A DNA stretch of 64,000 nucleotides from IMG/VR virus record IMGVR_UViG_3300025137_005045; one strand, given 5' to 3'. This DNA is from a virus (taxonomy: Duplodnaviria > Caudoviricetes). Positions 37,625-47,070 of the stretch are shown piece after piece. Position 1 is the stretch's first letter, and the number at the start of each line of letters is the position of its first letter. The translations under genes were made by a program, and so were the position numbers. Below the pieces are notes generated by a model. It saw only the letters and a list, made by a program, of their open reading frames with translations, made no database searches and was not told the DNA's origin.

Positions 37625-39934
37625 ATGCAGAATAACCCAGAAATAGAACAAATCATTGATGACGCTGTTAAGAGTGCTCAACAGATGAATCATCAATACG
37701 TAACTGTTGAACATTTAAGTCTTGCACTAATAAGATTTGCCAGTTTCCGTAAGGTATTAATTACGTTTGGCATCAACTGTGCCCAACTTGAAAAAGAGTT
37801 AGAGAGTTACGTTAACGGCATGGCACATCTGATTAAAATAAGTGACGACAAAGAAAAACCTGTTGTAAAACCAAAAAAAACTAACGCATTAGAAAGAATA
37901 TTTAATAGAGCAGGTACGCAGGTATTATTCTCAGGTAGACGTTTTGTTACAACACTTGATTTATATCTTGCTATTATGAGCGAAGGGCAAAGTCATGCTC
38001 ATTATTTCTTTTTAAAGTACGGAGTTAATCGTAAAGAATTTACTACACATTGGAATAGTTCATATCCCAAAGAGCGTGAAGTTAAACTCAGTGAAAAACA
38101 AGCCACAATGGTATTAGACGAACATTGTACTGACTTAACTAATCTTGCCAAAGAACAAAAATTAGAACCAATGATTGGTAGAACACAAGAATTGGATGAC
38201 ATGGTTAACGTGTTAGCTAAAAAGTTTAAAGCTAATGTACTGTTGGTCGGAGACCCTGGTGTGGGTAAAACTGCAATTGTTGAAGGTCTAGCACAATTAT
38301 TATCTAACAATGATGTTCCTAAATTTTTACATGATCATAAACTATATTCACTAGAGATAGGTAGCTTGCTAGCAGGTAGTAAGTATCGAGGTGAGTTTGA
38401 AGAAAAAGTTAAAGAAGTTCTTGATGCACTCAGTGCAAAAGGAAAATGTGTCCTATTCATTGATGAAGCACATCAAATGAAAGGCGCTGGAGCGGGAAGC
38501 GGTAGTTCAGTAGATTTTGCTAACATGATTAAACCAGCAATCACTAGCGGTAATCTAAAAGTTATAGCATCAACTACTTGGGAGGAATACTACGAGTCGT
38601 TCGAAAAAGAACGTGCTCTAATGCGTAGATTCTTTAGAGTAACTGTAGACGAACCTGATAAAGCAAGTACTGAAAAAATACTTACTGGTGTAGCACGTCG
38701 ACTTGAAGCATTTCATGAAGTTGAAATCAAAGATGATGCACTAGAAGCCGCAGTTGAAATGACTGCTAGGTATATGACAGATAAGAAAAATCCAGATAAG
38801 TCAATTGACGTTGTTGATGCCGCCTGTGCTAGAGAACGTGCTCGTAACGAAACTGGAGCAATAATTGATAGAAATAAGGTTATGGTTGAAGTTTCAAAGT
38901 TAGCTAATGTTCCTGTTGATAGACTTAAAAATGAACAAAGCGAAAAAATTAAAAACTTAGAATCAAACATTAAAGATAAATTATACGGACAAGAACATGT
39001 TATTACTGACGTGCTAGATCGTATATATGTTAGCTTTTCAGGTATTAAACAAGAAAATAGACCAGTAGCTAGTTTCTTATTCCTAGGACCAACTGGTACA
39101 GGTAAAACAGAAATGGCCAAACTATTAAGTGAGAATTTGGATATGAAGTTACTAAAATATGACATGAGTGAATATCAAGAACGTCATACAGTATCCAGTC
39201 TTATTGGTGCCCCTCCGGGATATGTTGGATTTGAAGATGGTAATGTGGGTGGTGGTAGACTAATATCAGATCTGACTAAAAATCCATTCTCAATTATATT
39301 ATTTGATGAAATTGAAAAAGCACATCCAGATGTGTCAAACATATTACTTGCAATGATGGATGAAGGTATTGTTACTAGCTCTGCAGGTAAATCAGTAGAT
39401 ATCAAAAATTGTATTATTATTTTAACATCAAACTTAGGTGCTAGGGAAAACGAAGCAAATAACATTGGCTTTGGTCAAGAGTTAGATAAAATAGGAAGTG
39501 AAGATAAAGCTGTTAAAGACTTCTTCAAACCTGAGCTTAGAAATAGACTTGACATGATTTGTAAGTTTAAAAAACTAGATAATCTAGCTGTTAAGAAAAT
39601 TGTAGTTAAATTTATCGATGAACTTAAACAGGGTCTTAAAGATAAGAATATTACCATTGGCACCACTGAAGAATTGATCGATCATCTGGTCAAAGTAGGT
39701 TATGATCCTAAAATGGGTGCAAGACCATTAAACAGAAAAATAGATCAACTTATACGTGTTCCTCTCAGTAAAAAAATATTGTTTGATAATATGCAATCCT
39801 GTGAACTTGTGTTAGATTGGAAAAACGAAAATCTAGATATCAAACAGGTAGGACAGAAACAGTTAGTGTCTCCTCAACCTAAAGTAACCGACGACGGTTT
39901 TATAGTTCTTGATCAGTTCAAACCAAAGAACTAA
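37625..39934 (+). CDS. clpA: ClpA ATP-binding subunit
   Basis: Clp N-domain; two AAA modules (GVGKT, GTGKT); IGF loop; no ClpB middle domain. Confidence 0.9.
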   Translation: MQNNPEIEQIIDDAVKSAQQMNHQYVTVEHLSLALIRFASFRKVLITFGINCAQLEKELESYVNGMAHLIKISDDKEKPVVKPKKTNALERIFNRAGTQVLFSGRRFVTTLDLYLAIMSEGQSHAHYFFLKYGVNRKEFTTHWNSSYPKEREVKLSEKQATMVLDEHCTDLTNLAKEQKLEPMIGRTQELDDMVNVLAKKFKANVLLVGDPGVGKTAIVEGLAQLLSNNDVPKFLHDHKLYSLEIGSLLAGSKYRGEFEEKVKEVLDALSAKGKCVLFIDEAHQMKGAGAGSGSSVDFANMIKPAITSGNLKVIASTTWEEYYESFEKERALMRRFFRVTVDEPDKASTEKILTGVARRLEAFHEVEIKDDALEAAVEMTARYMTDKKNPDKSIDVVDAACARERARNETGAIIDRNKVMVEVSKLANVPVDRLKNEQSEKIKNLESNIKDKLYGQEHVITDVLDRIYVSFSGIKQENRPVASFLFLGPTGTGKTEMAKLLSENLDMKLLKYDMSEYQERHTVSSLIGAPPGYVGFEDGNVGGGRLISDLTKNPFSIILFDEIEKAHPDVSNILLAMMDEGIVTSSAGKSVDIKNCIIILTSNLGARENEANNIGFGQELDKIGSEDKAVKDFFKPELRNRLDMICKFKKLDNLAVKKIVVKFIDELKQGLKDKNITIGTTEELIDHLVKVGYDPKMGARPLNRKIDQLIRVPLSKKILFDNMQSCELVLDWKNENLDIKQVGQKQLVSPQPKVTDDGFIVLDQFKPKN

Positions 39935-40613
39935 ACACTCAGATCGATTGTACTACGATCAGTATCGTTACTGTTTCCGGGTAATACTTCCTCACATCGA
40001 AACAATAGGACAGAAGTTGGATCACGATCATATCAATCAAATAGTTGTACTAAAAGAAAATATGGAGTTCTTTGCCCGTAAAATTAATTTTGGCGGATCT
40101 TGGAGAGAAAGAGACGATAAAATTTCTCAACATGATGTAGACAATCTTCATATCTTATGCGACTTCTTTATTGACAATCAGCAACTAATTAAATTACAAT
40201 TCTCAAGAAGTAAATGTTTTATCTACACAAATAGACTAGAGTTAAGCGAACAACTAGATCAATTAGGAATATTTGAAGAAGTTAGAGTTAATGAAATAAT
40301 ATTGGCTCGGCCAAAGAACACAGTAAAATCAAGATATCCTGGATATAAATTGCGTATATATTTTAAACCTATTAGTATTACTGAAATGGACAGATGGAAT
40401 ATTCTAAAATTCATTGACAATAATGATCACGCTATTAAAATGAATATTGGAATGGAAAGATTTCATGGTGGAGGACAGTCAGGAGGTAGACATCTGACAT
40501 TACGTGATTACTATTTTATTGACTTTAAAGACGAAAGACTAGCCAGTGTGTTAGAATTAACATGTCCTGGAGTAATTAGAAAGACCATGGATATTATCTA
40601 CGACGATAAATAA
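39909..40613 (+). CDS. Hypothetical protein (start uncertain)
   Basis: 234 aa ORF filling the gap after clpA. Confidence 0.65.
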   Translation: MISSNQRTKHSDRLYYDQYRYCFRVILPHIETIGQKLDHDHINQIVVLKENMEFFARKINFGGSWRERDDKISQHDVDNLHILCDFFIDNQQLIKLQFSRSKCFIYTNRLELSEQLDQLGIFEEVRVNEIILARPKNTVKSRYPGYKLRIYFKPISITEMDRWNILKFIDNNDHAIKMNIGMERFHGGGQSGGRHLTLRDYYFIDFKDERLASVLELTCPGVIRKTMDIIYDDK

Positions 40614-40617
40614 TAGC

Positions 40618-40782
40618 ATGGCAAAAATAAACTCAACAAATTTAGTTATTTCATTAAGTAAATTGGTCAAGGACACTGATCCTATTGAACCAGTATTAAA
40701 CGACGAAACCCGATCACAGTTAGAAGTAATACTAACTGAACTTGCCGGTGCAGGCGTTCTTGTAGAAATACAGGAGGCTTAA
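40618..40782 (+). CDS. Small late protein (54 aa, not in track)
   Basis: TAAATA-5nt-ATG; MAKINSTNLVISLSKLVK. Confidence 0.7.
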   Translation: MAKINSTNLVISLSKLVKDTDPIEPVLNDETRSQLEVILTELAGAGVLVEIQEA

Positions 40783-41165
40783 TGAAAACTTCTAGCTTAC
40801 AATTATTACCGTTTACAGATTTTGGTGCGGCAAGTGGAAACTATAATGGCACTAGTTCTAGTTTTAGTGGAACAGAAGTAAAGGCCGCGGCTTATTCAAG
40901 TAGTATCGGTGACAATCAAACCGTTGGTATATTTACTGAAGACTTTATTGGTACTATGACTATTGAAGCTACTTTAGATACAACAGTTGCAGATTCAAGT
41001 TGGTTTACTGTACATACCTTTAGCGGTGACGGTTCATCAGCAAATGACTCAACATTAAGATTTTTTAATACTTCCCAAAACATCACAGGACGTTTTACCT
41101 GGATGCGAGTAACAATCACAGGTTTCACTCAAGGTACAATTCATAAAGTAACACTCAGCTATTAG
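40782..41165 (+). CDS. Probable virion structural protein, S/T/G-rich
   Basis: GGAGG SD; ends FTWMRV...GTIHKV. Confidence 0.65.
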   Translation: MKTSSLQLLPFTDFGAASGNYNGTSSSFSGTEVKAAAYSSSIGDNQTVGIFTEDFIGTMTIEATLDTTVADSSWFTVHTFSGDGSSANDSTLRFFNTSQNITGRFTWMRVTITGFTQGTIHKVTLSY

Positions 41166-41605
41166 TGGAAACAGTAAACATTAAATTTACCTTAGAACCT
41201 GAATGGTTCAACAATGCTCCCAAAATAAAAGTAGCTGTCGACAATCAAGTTTTATTAGATACTCAAATCGAAAATAAGTTAGATTTTGAACAGACTGTTG
41301 ACTTAGAAGATAACAGCAATCATCAGTTAACCTTTACATTGTATAATAAAAGCAAATACGACACTGTAATTAAAGATGATGTTATACAAAAAGATACTCT
41401 AATTAAAATATCAAATATAGAATTAGAAGAAATTGATCTTATGTCAATACTATCCTTAAAAAAAGACTTATTTTATTACGAACACAACAATAATGGTAGC
41501 ACAGAATTAGAAAGATATACATTATACGATACTTTAGGATGTAACGGAACTGCTACCATTAATTTCTCAACTCCATGTTACGTATGGCTGTTAGAAAATT
41601 TATAG
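41165..41605 (+). CDS. Hypothetical beta-rich protein (paralog of 6591..7031)
   Basis: KDTLIKISNIEL...LGCNG...FSTPCYVWL. Confidence 0.7.
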   Translation: METVNIKFTLEPEWFNNAPKIKVAVDNQVLLDTQIENKLDFEQTVDLEDNSNHQLTFTLYNKSKYDTVIKDDVIQKDTLIKISNIELEEIDLMSILSLKKDLFYYEHNNNGSTELERYTLYDTLGCNGTATINFSTPCYVWLLENL

Positions 41606-41631
41606 AATTAACTATATAGATAAATAGTTGT

Positions 41632-42627
41632 ATGAAAACAATTGCAATATACGCAGGTAGGTTCCACCCGTTCCATAAAGGACATAAGGCCAGTTACGAC
41701 TTTTTAACTAAGCAGTTTGGCACAGACAATGTTTACGTTGCTACATCGAACGCACAGGCACCTTTAACCAGTCCATTTAGCTTTGAAGAAAAGAAAAAAA
41801 TGGCTGAACTGACCGGCATACCAGCAGACAAGGTTGTAATGGTTAAGAATCCATATCAAGCTAAAGAAATTACCAGTAAACTTAAACCTGAGGATACTAA
41901 TTTAGTATTTGCATTGAGTGAAAAAGATATAGATAGATTTACATTCACTAAGAAAGATGGCACTCCGGGTTATATACAACCATATCCAAAGAATGATGCA
42001 CATCTTGCTCCAATGGACAAACATGCTTACGCTTTTTTAACACCAACAATTAAATTTAAAGTAGCAGGTAAAGATGCTGATTCAGCAAGTGCCATACGTA
42101 AGGCATACATTGATGCCGATAAACAAGGCCGTAAGAAAATTGTAGCTGACCTTTACGGAACAGTAAATAAAGACATAGAAGTAATATTTGATAAAAAATT
42201 AAGTATTACAGAAGAACTATCAAAAATTATGACAATGCTCAAAGAAGGTACTGTAGATAAGCATGATAAGAACATGCGTAAGATACAAGTAGCACTTGAG
42301 ATGGAGAGAGAAGTGAAAGCAATCGAAGAAGCAGATTTAACACATGCCAAAGTAATTAATACATCTAAAGGCCATAGGATTGTTCCAAGTGGCGGAATTG
42401 GATCCTGGGATTTTGATGGCTTAAGAAAATCAGTTGTTTCTCAACTTGATCAAATGAATACCATGGTCAAGAGTGGTAATCTTGCATCAGCTTACTATAC
42501 TTTGTATCAAAACGGTGCCTTAGAGAAAAAACTACAAGCACTTGAGTTGTATCAGCAATGGCTAGACGCACATGGCGATAAACCTTTACCGCTAGATCAA
42601 GAAATAGATCTTATTCCTGAAAAATAA
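41632..42627 (+). CDS. Cytidyltransferase-like (HxGH) nucleotidyltransferase with C-terminal extension
   Basis: AGRFHPFHKGH; SASAIR. Confidence 0.75.
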   Translation: MKTIAIYAGRFHPFHKGHKASYDFLTKQFGTDNVYVATSNAQAPLTSPFSFEEKKKMAELTGIPADKVVMVKNPYQAKEITSKLKPEDTNLVFALSEKDIDRFTFTKKDGTPGYIQPYPKNDAHLAPMDKHAYAFLTPTIKFKVAGKDADSASAIRKAYIDADKQGRKKIVADLYGTVNKDIEVIFDKKLSITEELSKIMTMLKEGTVDKHDKNMRKIQVALEMEREVKAIEEADLTHAKVINTSKGHRIVPSGGIGSWDFDGLRKSVVSQLDQMNTMVKSGNLASAYYTLYQNGALEKKLQALELYQQWLDAHGDKPLPLDQEIDLIPEK

Positions 42628-42639
42628 TTTCCACCTGGC

Positions 42640-42668
42640 TTGACAAAGCTATTAAATATCCGTATAAT
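42640..42668 (+). promoter_or_regulatory. sigma70-type promoter
   Basis: TTGACA-17nt-TATAAT. Confidence 0.85.
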
Positions 42669-42697
42669 ATAATAAACAATTTAACTTAGGATATATA

Positions 42698-43543
42698 ATG
42701 GCCGACGCTCCAAAAGAAATAAGAATAAATTCACCAATACCAATGTCAATAAACTTAGCTGACCTTAAAAAAAGAGTCTTGCACTTTGCTATACCTTGTT
42801 ATGGAGGTATGATCACAGAGTCTACCATGATGAGTATGATTAAATGGGCCAACCAGGCAAAAGACCTAGGACTAAGTTGGACAGTAGAAACATTGGTTAA
42901 CGAAAGTCTTATTACACGTGGACGTAATACACTTGTTGCAAAATTTTTAGAGAATTCAGACACAACTGATTTATTTTTTGTAGACAGCGATATTGGATTT
43001 GAACCTTGGCATGTAATAGCTCTTATGGCTATGGACAAGGATGTAGCATGTGGATTATATCCTATGAAAACTGTTCCCGTGCAATGGGTAGTTAACAATG
43101 TTCTAGGTACCAAGGCTGAAAATGATGGTAATTGGATGGAGGTTACCAAATCAGGCACAGGATTTATGATGATTAAAAAACATGTATTTGAAAAACTTAA
43201 AGATCATCCAGCAGTAAAACCATTTACAAACGATATTGGACTACCTAAAGAATTAGATCCTCATATGCGTACTTACTTCGACACTGCTGTTAGAGAAGGA
43301 CGTTACTATTCAGAAGATTGGACATTCTGTGAAAACTGGAGAGATATAGGTGGAGAAATATGGATTGACCGTCGCGTACATCTCAGACATTCAGGTTCAT
43401 TTGTATTTTGTGCTGAAGCAGATGATGCTATTAAACAACAAATGAAAGACCATGTGCCAACAATGAAGCTAGAGCAAATACCTGAAAAACCTAAAACAGC
43501 AAAAGTTTTAGCTAAATCAAAGTCCAAGTCTAAAAAGAAGTAA
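42698..43543 (+). CDS. GT-A fold glycosyltransferase-like protein
   Basis: ESLITRGRN; FVDSDI; GTGFMMI; SEDWTFC. Confidence 0.7.
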   Translation: MADAPKEIRINSPIPMSINLADLKKRVLHFAIPCYGGMITESTMMSMIKWANQAKDLGLSWTVETLVNESLITRGRNTLVAKFLENSDTTDLFFVDSDIGFEPWHVIALMAMDKDVACGLYPMKTVPVQWVVNNVLGTKAENDGNWMEVTKSGTGFMMIKKHVFEKLKDHPAVKPFTNDIGLPKELDPHMRTYFDTAVREGRYYSEDWTFCENWRDIGGEIWIDRRVHLRHSGSFVFCAEADDAIKQQMKDHVPTMKLEQIPEKPKTAKVLAKSKSKSKKK

Positions 43544-43575
43544 TGATAAATACTAGCCTACATTAAGGAATACTT

Positions 43576-44373
43576 ATGAAAGCTAGTGAATTTATTACAG
43601 ACGCCGGTGTTGGCATTATTACAAAACAAAATACGACTGCTGACGTCAAGCCTGGCGAAACAAAAAGACAAGCCAAGAAATTAGGGATGACGTTGGACAA
43701 GAAGAACCGTCCGCCCTTACTGCATAAAAAAGCAGTTAAGAACTCTTCACCCAATACCCTTTTTAATCTTGGCCTCAGTGAAAGTAATGCCGACGATCTT
43801 ATGGCCTATGCCGACAAAATGGATCCGACGGACATAGACTATAAAAAATTTATCCGTGCCGCAAAGATAGCTAGAACAGGCAAAAAGATACACATGGATA
43901 ACTTTTTAAACACAATAGATACAGACCCTAGAGATAAAATTATTAGTATGCTAGGTGAAACCAAAGAAGCACCCAAGGGAACTTACTTCACCAAGACAGG
44001 TAATTTGGTCAAGGGCAAACTGACCAAGGATGCCAAGACCAAGGGTGCCAGAGAAACTGACCCCAAGGACAAGATAAGAAAAAAAGTACCCAAGGTCACA
44101 CAGTACAATGAGGAAGAAGACAAAGAATTTGAAACGGATCTAAAACTGCCCAATGGTAAGAAGATGGTGCTACAGGCAGATGACCCAAAATATGTCAGAG
44201 GCATAGTGGTCAGGAGCAACAAGGATGGATCCTACGATTCATACTATTGGATTGATCATCCTGACAATGTTATGGCTATTGAAATCAAGTTGGATGATGA
44301 GAGTGTAAAGAAAGATGCCAAGATGATACATTGGGCATATCACCCTGAACTGGAAGAGCATAGGGTAAAATGA
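43576..44373 (+). CDS. Modular late protein with CTS-like N-terminus
   Basis: MKASEFITD; TAAATA at 43547-43552. Confidence 0.7.
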   Translation: MKASEFITDAGVGIITKQNTTADVKPGETKRQAKKLGMTLDKKNRPPLLHKKAVKNSSPNTLFNLGLSESNADDLMAYADKMDPTDIDYKKFIRAAKIARTGKKIHMDNFLNTIDTDPRDKIISMLGETKEAPKGTYFTKTGNLVKGKLTKDAKTKGARETDPKDKIRKKVPKVTQYNEEEDKEFETDLKLPNGKKMVLQADDPKYVRGIVVRSNKDGSYDSYYWIDHPDNVMAIEIKLDDESVKKDAKMIHWAYHPELEEHRVK

Positions 44374-45191
44374 GAGCAACTGACTTTACAAAAAAAGCCA
44401 CGGAGCGATCTAAAATTTATCTAGATATGGATGGTGTACTTGCTGATTTCTTTTCTGAATATGCTAAATTGGCTAATGTTAAATCATATAGAGATATCCC
44501 CCCAGCTAAGGTAGATCCAATACTTAACTCTATTGCTGGCACAAATTTCTTTGCTAAGTTACCTAAGTTTCCAACAACAGACAAACTAGTTAACCTTGCT
44601 GTATCACATGCAGGTAGTTACAGTATTTGTTCAAGTCCTTTACGTAATGATTATAATAATTCAGAGTACTGGAAAAAGATTTGGATTAAAGCTAAACTAA
44701 CACCACAACCAAGCACTGTAAAAATAACATCAAACAAATCTTACTACGCAGTATCAGACGGCACACCTAATATTTTAATCGACGACAAAGGTTCAAACAT
44801 TATAGGATGGAGAGAAGCAGGTGGTATTGGCATTAAGTATCAAGCAGATGAAGATAGTTTAGAAGTTGTCAAGCAAGCATTAGAACTAATATTCTGTGAT
44901 GTCAAGGATACATGTGACACGGATGAGGTAGAAGAAGACTGGTCAGAAAAATATAAAAAATCTATAGATTGTAATAGTCCAAAAGGATTTAGTCAGAAGG
45001 CACATTGTGCTGGTAAAAAGAAAAAAGCAAACGAAAACTTTGCGGATGGCAAAAAGCCTGGACGCAAAGGTTTAGCAAAACGTATGGGTGTTGACTGTAG
45101 TAAGTCAAAAACAGCATTACGTAAAATTGCCAAAAATAGCACAGGTGAGAAACAACGTATGGCCCATTTCTGTGCTAACATGAAGAAGTAG
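44370..45191 (+). CDS. 5'(3')-deoxyribonucleotidase with CTS-like leader and basic Cys-containing tail modules
   Basis: MRATDF; IYLDMDGVLADF; ILIDD; tail SIDCNSPKGFSQKAHC...ENFADGKKPGRKG. Confidence 0.8.
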   Translation: MRATDFTKKATERSKIYLDMDGVLADFFSEYAKLANVKSYRDIPPAKVDPILNSIAGTNFFAKLPKFPTTDKLVNLAVSHAGSYSICSSPLRNDYNNSEYWKKIWIKAKLTPQPSTVKITSNKSYYAVSDGTPNILIDDKGSNIIGWREAGGIGIKYQADEDSLEVVKQALELIFCDVKDTCDTDEVEEDWSEKYKKSIDCNSPKGFSQKAHCAGKKKKANENFADGKKPGRKGLAKRMGVDCSKSKTALRKIAKNSTGEKQRMAHFCANMKK

Positions 45192-45200
45192 TATAAGAGA

Positions 45201-45225
45201 CAAAAAGGATCGTACACGATGAAAG
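45201..45225 (+). repeat. 25-bp direct repeat copy 1 (RBS plus start)
   Basis: CAAAAAGGATCGTACACGATGAAAG. Confidence 0.9.
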
Positions 45226-45470
45226 TTAACGAAATTATAGTAGAAAAGAAAGAGTCCTTAGAAGAATTAGATTCTTTAATGGGAGTCAAAGATCCTGTGA
45301 TATCAATTTATGATACCAAGGGTAAGTATCTTGACAGACTTAAGATGAGTATTGCGGCTAAGAAATATAAGTTTGATATGAAAACTATCAGACCACAGTT
45401 TCAAAATCAAGACAGAGTCGATCATGGCGAATACACATTAATGGCACCAGTTGCTGGTCAACCATCATAA
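45219..45470 (+). CDS. Small protein with CTS-like N-terminus
   Basis: MKVNEIIVE. Confidence 0.7.
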   Translation: MKVNEIIVEKKESLEELDSLMGVKDPVISIYDTKGKYLDRLKMSIAAKKYKFDMKTIRPQFQNQDRVDHGEYTLMAPVAGQPS

Positions 45471-45495
45471 CAAAAAGGATCGTACACAATGAAAG
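45471..45495 (+). repeat. 25-bp direct repeat copy 2 (24/25 identical)
   Basis: CAAAAAGGATCGTACACAATGAAAG. Confidence 0.9.
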
Positions 45496-46034
45496 CAATT
45501 GATATTTTAACGGAAGTTAAAAAGGAACAATCACTGACACTCGAAAAATTACCCTATGGTACCGACGAATTATCTCCTGTACTGTCTAAGGAAAACGTGG
45601 AATATCATTATAATATATTGTCAAAAGGTTATGTTGATCGATATAACAACAACGAAGGCGATCCTGATTTTAATTATGGAGGAGCAAAGTTGCACAATCT
45701 GTGGTGGACACAATTGCGTAAACCGAGTGGAGCAAACTTACCAGTAGGACCTATAAAAGAATTTATTAATACCAACTTCAAAGATTATGATAATTTTAAA
45801 GATGAAGTGTTATCAGCAGGACTGAAATTACAGGGTTCGGGTTGGATTTACCTTTCAAAAAAGGGAGAAGTAAAAACTACGCCAAATCAATCTTATAAAA
45901 CAGAGATAATGATGCCAATAGACATGTGGGAACATTCATATTCGGATTATGTTCCTGATAAAAGTGCTAAGAAAAAATACATAGAAAATGTAATGAAAAT
46001 AATTAATTGGGATATTGTCAATCAGAGACTTTAA
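45489..46034 (+). CDS. Fe/Mn superoxide dismutase family protein with CTS-like extension
   Basis: LPY; EYHY; FNYGGAKLH; IDMWEHSY. Confidence 0.88.
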   Translation: MKAIDILTEVKKEQSLTLEKLPYGTDELSPVLSKENVEYHYNILSKGYVDRYNNNEGDPDFNYGGAKLHNLWWTQLRKPSGANLPVGPIKEFINTNFKDYDNFKDEVLSAGLKLQGSGWIYLSKKGEVKTTPNQSYKTEIMMPIDMWEHSYSDYVPDKSAKKKYIENVMKIINWDIVNQRL

Positions 46035-46036
46035 AT

Positions 46037-46339
46037 ATGAGAGCAATCGATCTGACAGCAACACAAGGAAAAGAGCCACCTCAGGTCAGACCTGGGCAGT
46101 ATCCTGGTGAATATCTTGACCTGTCAGTTAAAGACCTAGTACCTGTACAAAAGGTTAGACACGTACATAAAACTATTAAAGCAAACAAAAAAGTTAAACA
46201 GGGAGACTATACTCCTATTGTCATTGATCGAGATAATCGTATTGTAAATGGACATCATAGATATGATGCTCTTAAAAATGCGGGTCATCATCAAGCAAAA
46301 GTATATAAGTTAGAAAAGGATATAGAAGAGATAGTATGA
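46037..46339 (+). CDS. ParB/sulfiredoxin-like domain protein (start corrected from 46007)
   Basis: MRAIDL; PIVIDRDNRIVNGHHRYDA. Confidence 0.75.
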   Translation: MRAIDLTATQGKEPPQVRPGQYPGEYLDLSVKDLVPVQKVRHVHKTIKANKKVKQGDYTPIVIDRDNRIVNGHHRYDALKNAGHHQAKVYKLEKDIEEIV

Positions 46340-47070
46340 AAAAATTACTAATAATACTATTACTATTCACAACAACATCATTTGCATATGATCCTAAAAA
46401 CTTTAATCCAGACTTATGGCCATACATACAAGAAAGAATGTTCGGTGTTAGACCAGTTGTTGTATTAGATGCTAACGATGAGTTGATGGTGTCAGGACCT
46501 ATAAGAGCTTCAAGTGGAGCACAGGTTCCAGTAAATATAAAAATTAATACAGAACGTTTTGTAAAAATACATCTGATCATCGATTCTAATCCAACACAGC
46601 TTGCGGCCACATTTAAATTAACTAAAAATACTCAGAACACAGAAATAACGACCCGTATCAGAATGGAAACAGATAGTTACGTTCGTGTGGTAGGAGAAAC
46701 TATCCGTGGAGAGCTATACACACACAAGACAGGTATCAGAGCCAGTGGCGGCTGTTCGGGTTACATGGATGTACATGATCCAGAACTTACTCGAGACTTA
46801 GGCAAGATATTATATAAAAAGAAAGACAATGCTCATACTACCAGGATTAAACATCCTATGTTTACTGGTTTACAAAAAGATTTAGAGTCAGGTGGTTATA
46901 TACCATTATGGACTGTTAAAACTATTACATGGATCGACGATGAAAATAATATTATAATGCAAGCGGATACTTACATTTCAATTTCAAAAGATCCATATAT
47001 TAAATTTAAATACAATGGTGATGTTAAAATTGTTGCCGATGATACAAAAGGAAATTCATTTAAAAAATGA
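46336..47070 (+). CDS. Secreted SoxY-SoxZ-like fusion (quinoprotein dehydrogenase-associated carrier type)
   Basis: Signal peptide; TRIRMETDSYVRVV; ASGGCSG; IKHPMFTGLQKD; SISKDPYIKF. Confidence 0.75.
   Translation: MKKLLIILLLFTTTSFAYDPKNFNPDLWPYIQERMFGVRPVVVLDANDELMVSGPIRASSGAQVPVNIKINTERFVKIHLIIDSNPTQLAATFKLTKNTQNTEITTRIRMETDSYVRVVGETIRGELYTHKTGIRASGGCSGYMDVHDPELTRDLGKILYKKKDNAHTTRIKHPMFTGLQKDLESGGYIPLWTVKTITWIDDENNIIMQADTYISISKDPYIKFKYNGDVKIVADDTKGNSFKK

Noticed and set aside
37625-39934. ClpB disaggregase call
   Set aside because: No coiled-coil middle domain, and an IGF ClpP-docking loop is present, so ClpA fits better
46336-47070. Thiosulfate-oxidation (Sox) auxiliary gene
   Set aside because: Lacks the C-terminal GGCGG swinging arm of true SoxY; no other sox genes in the window
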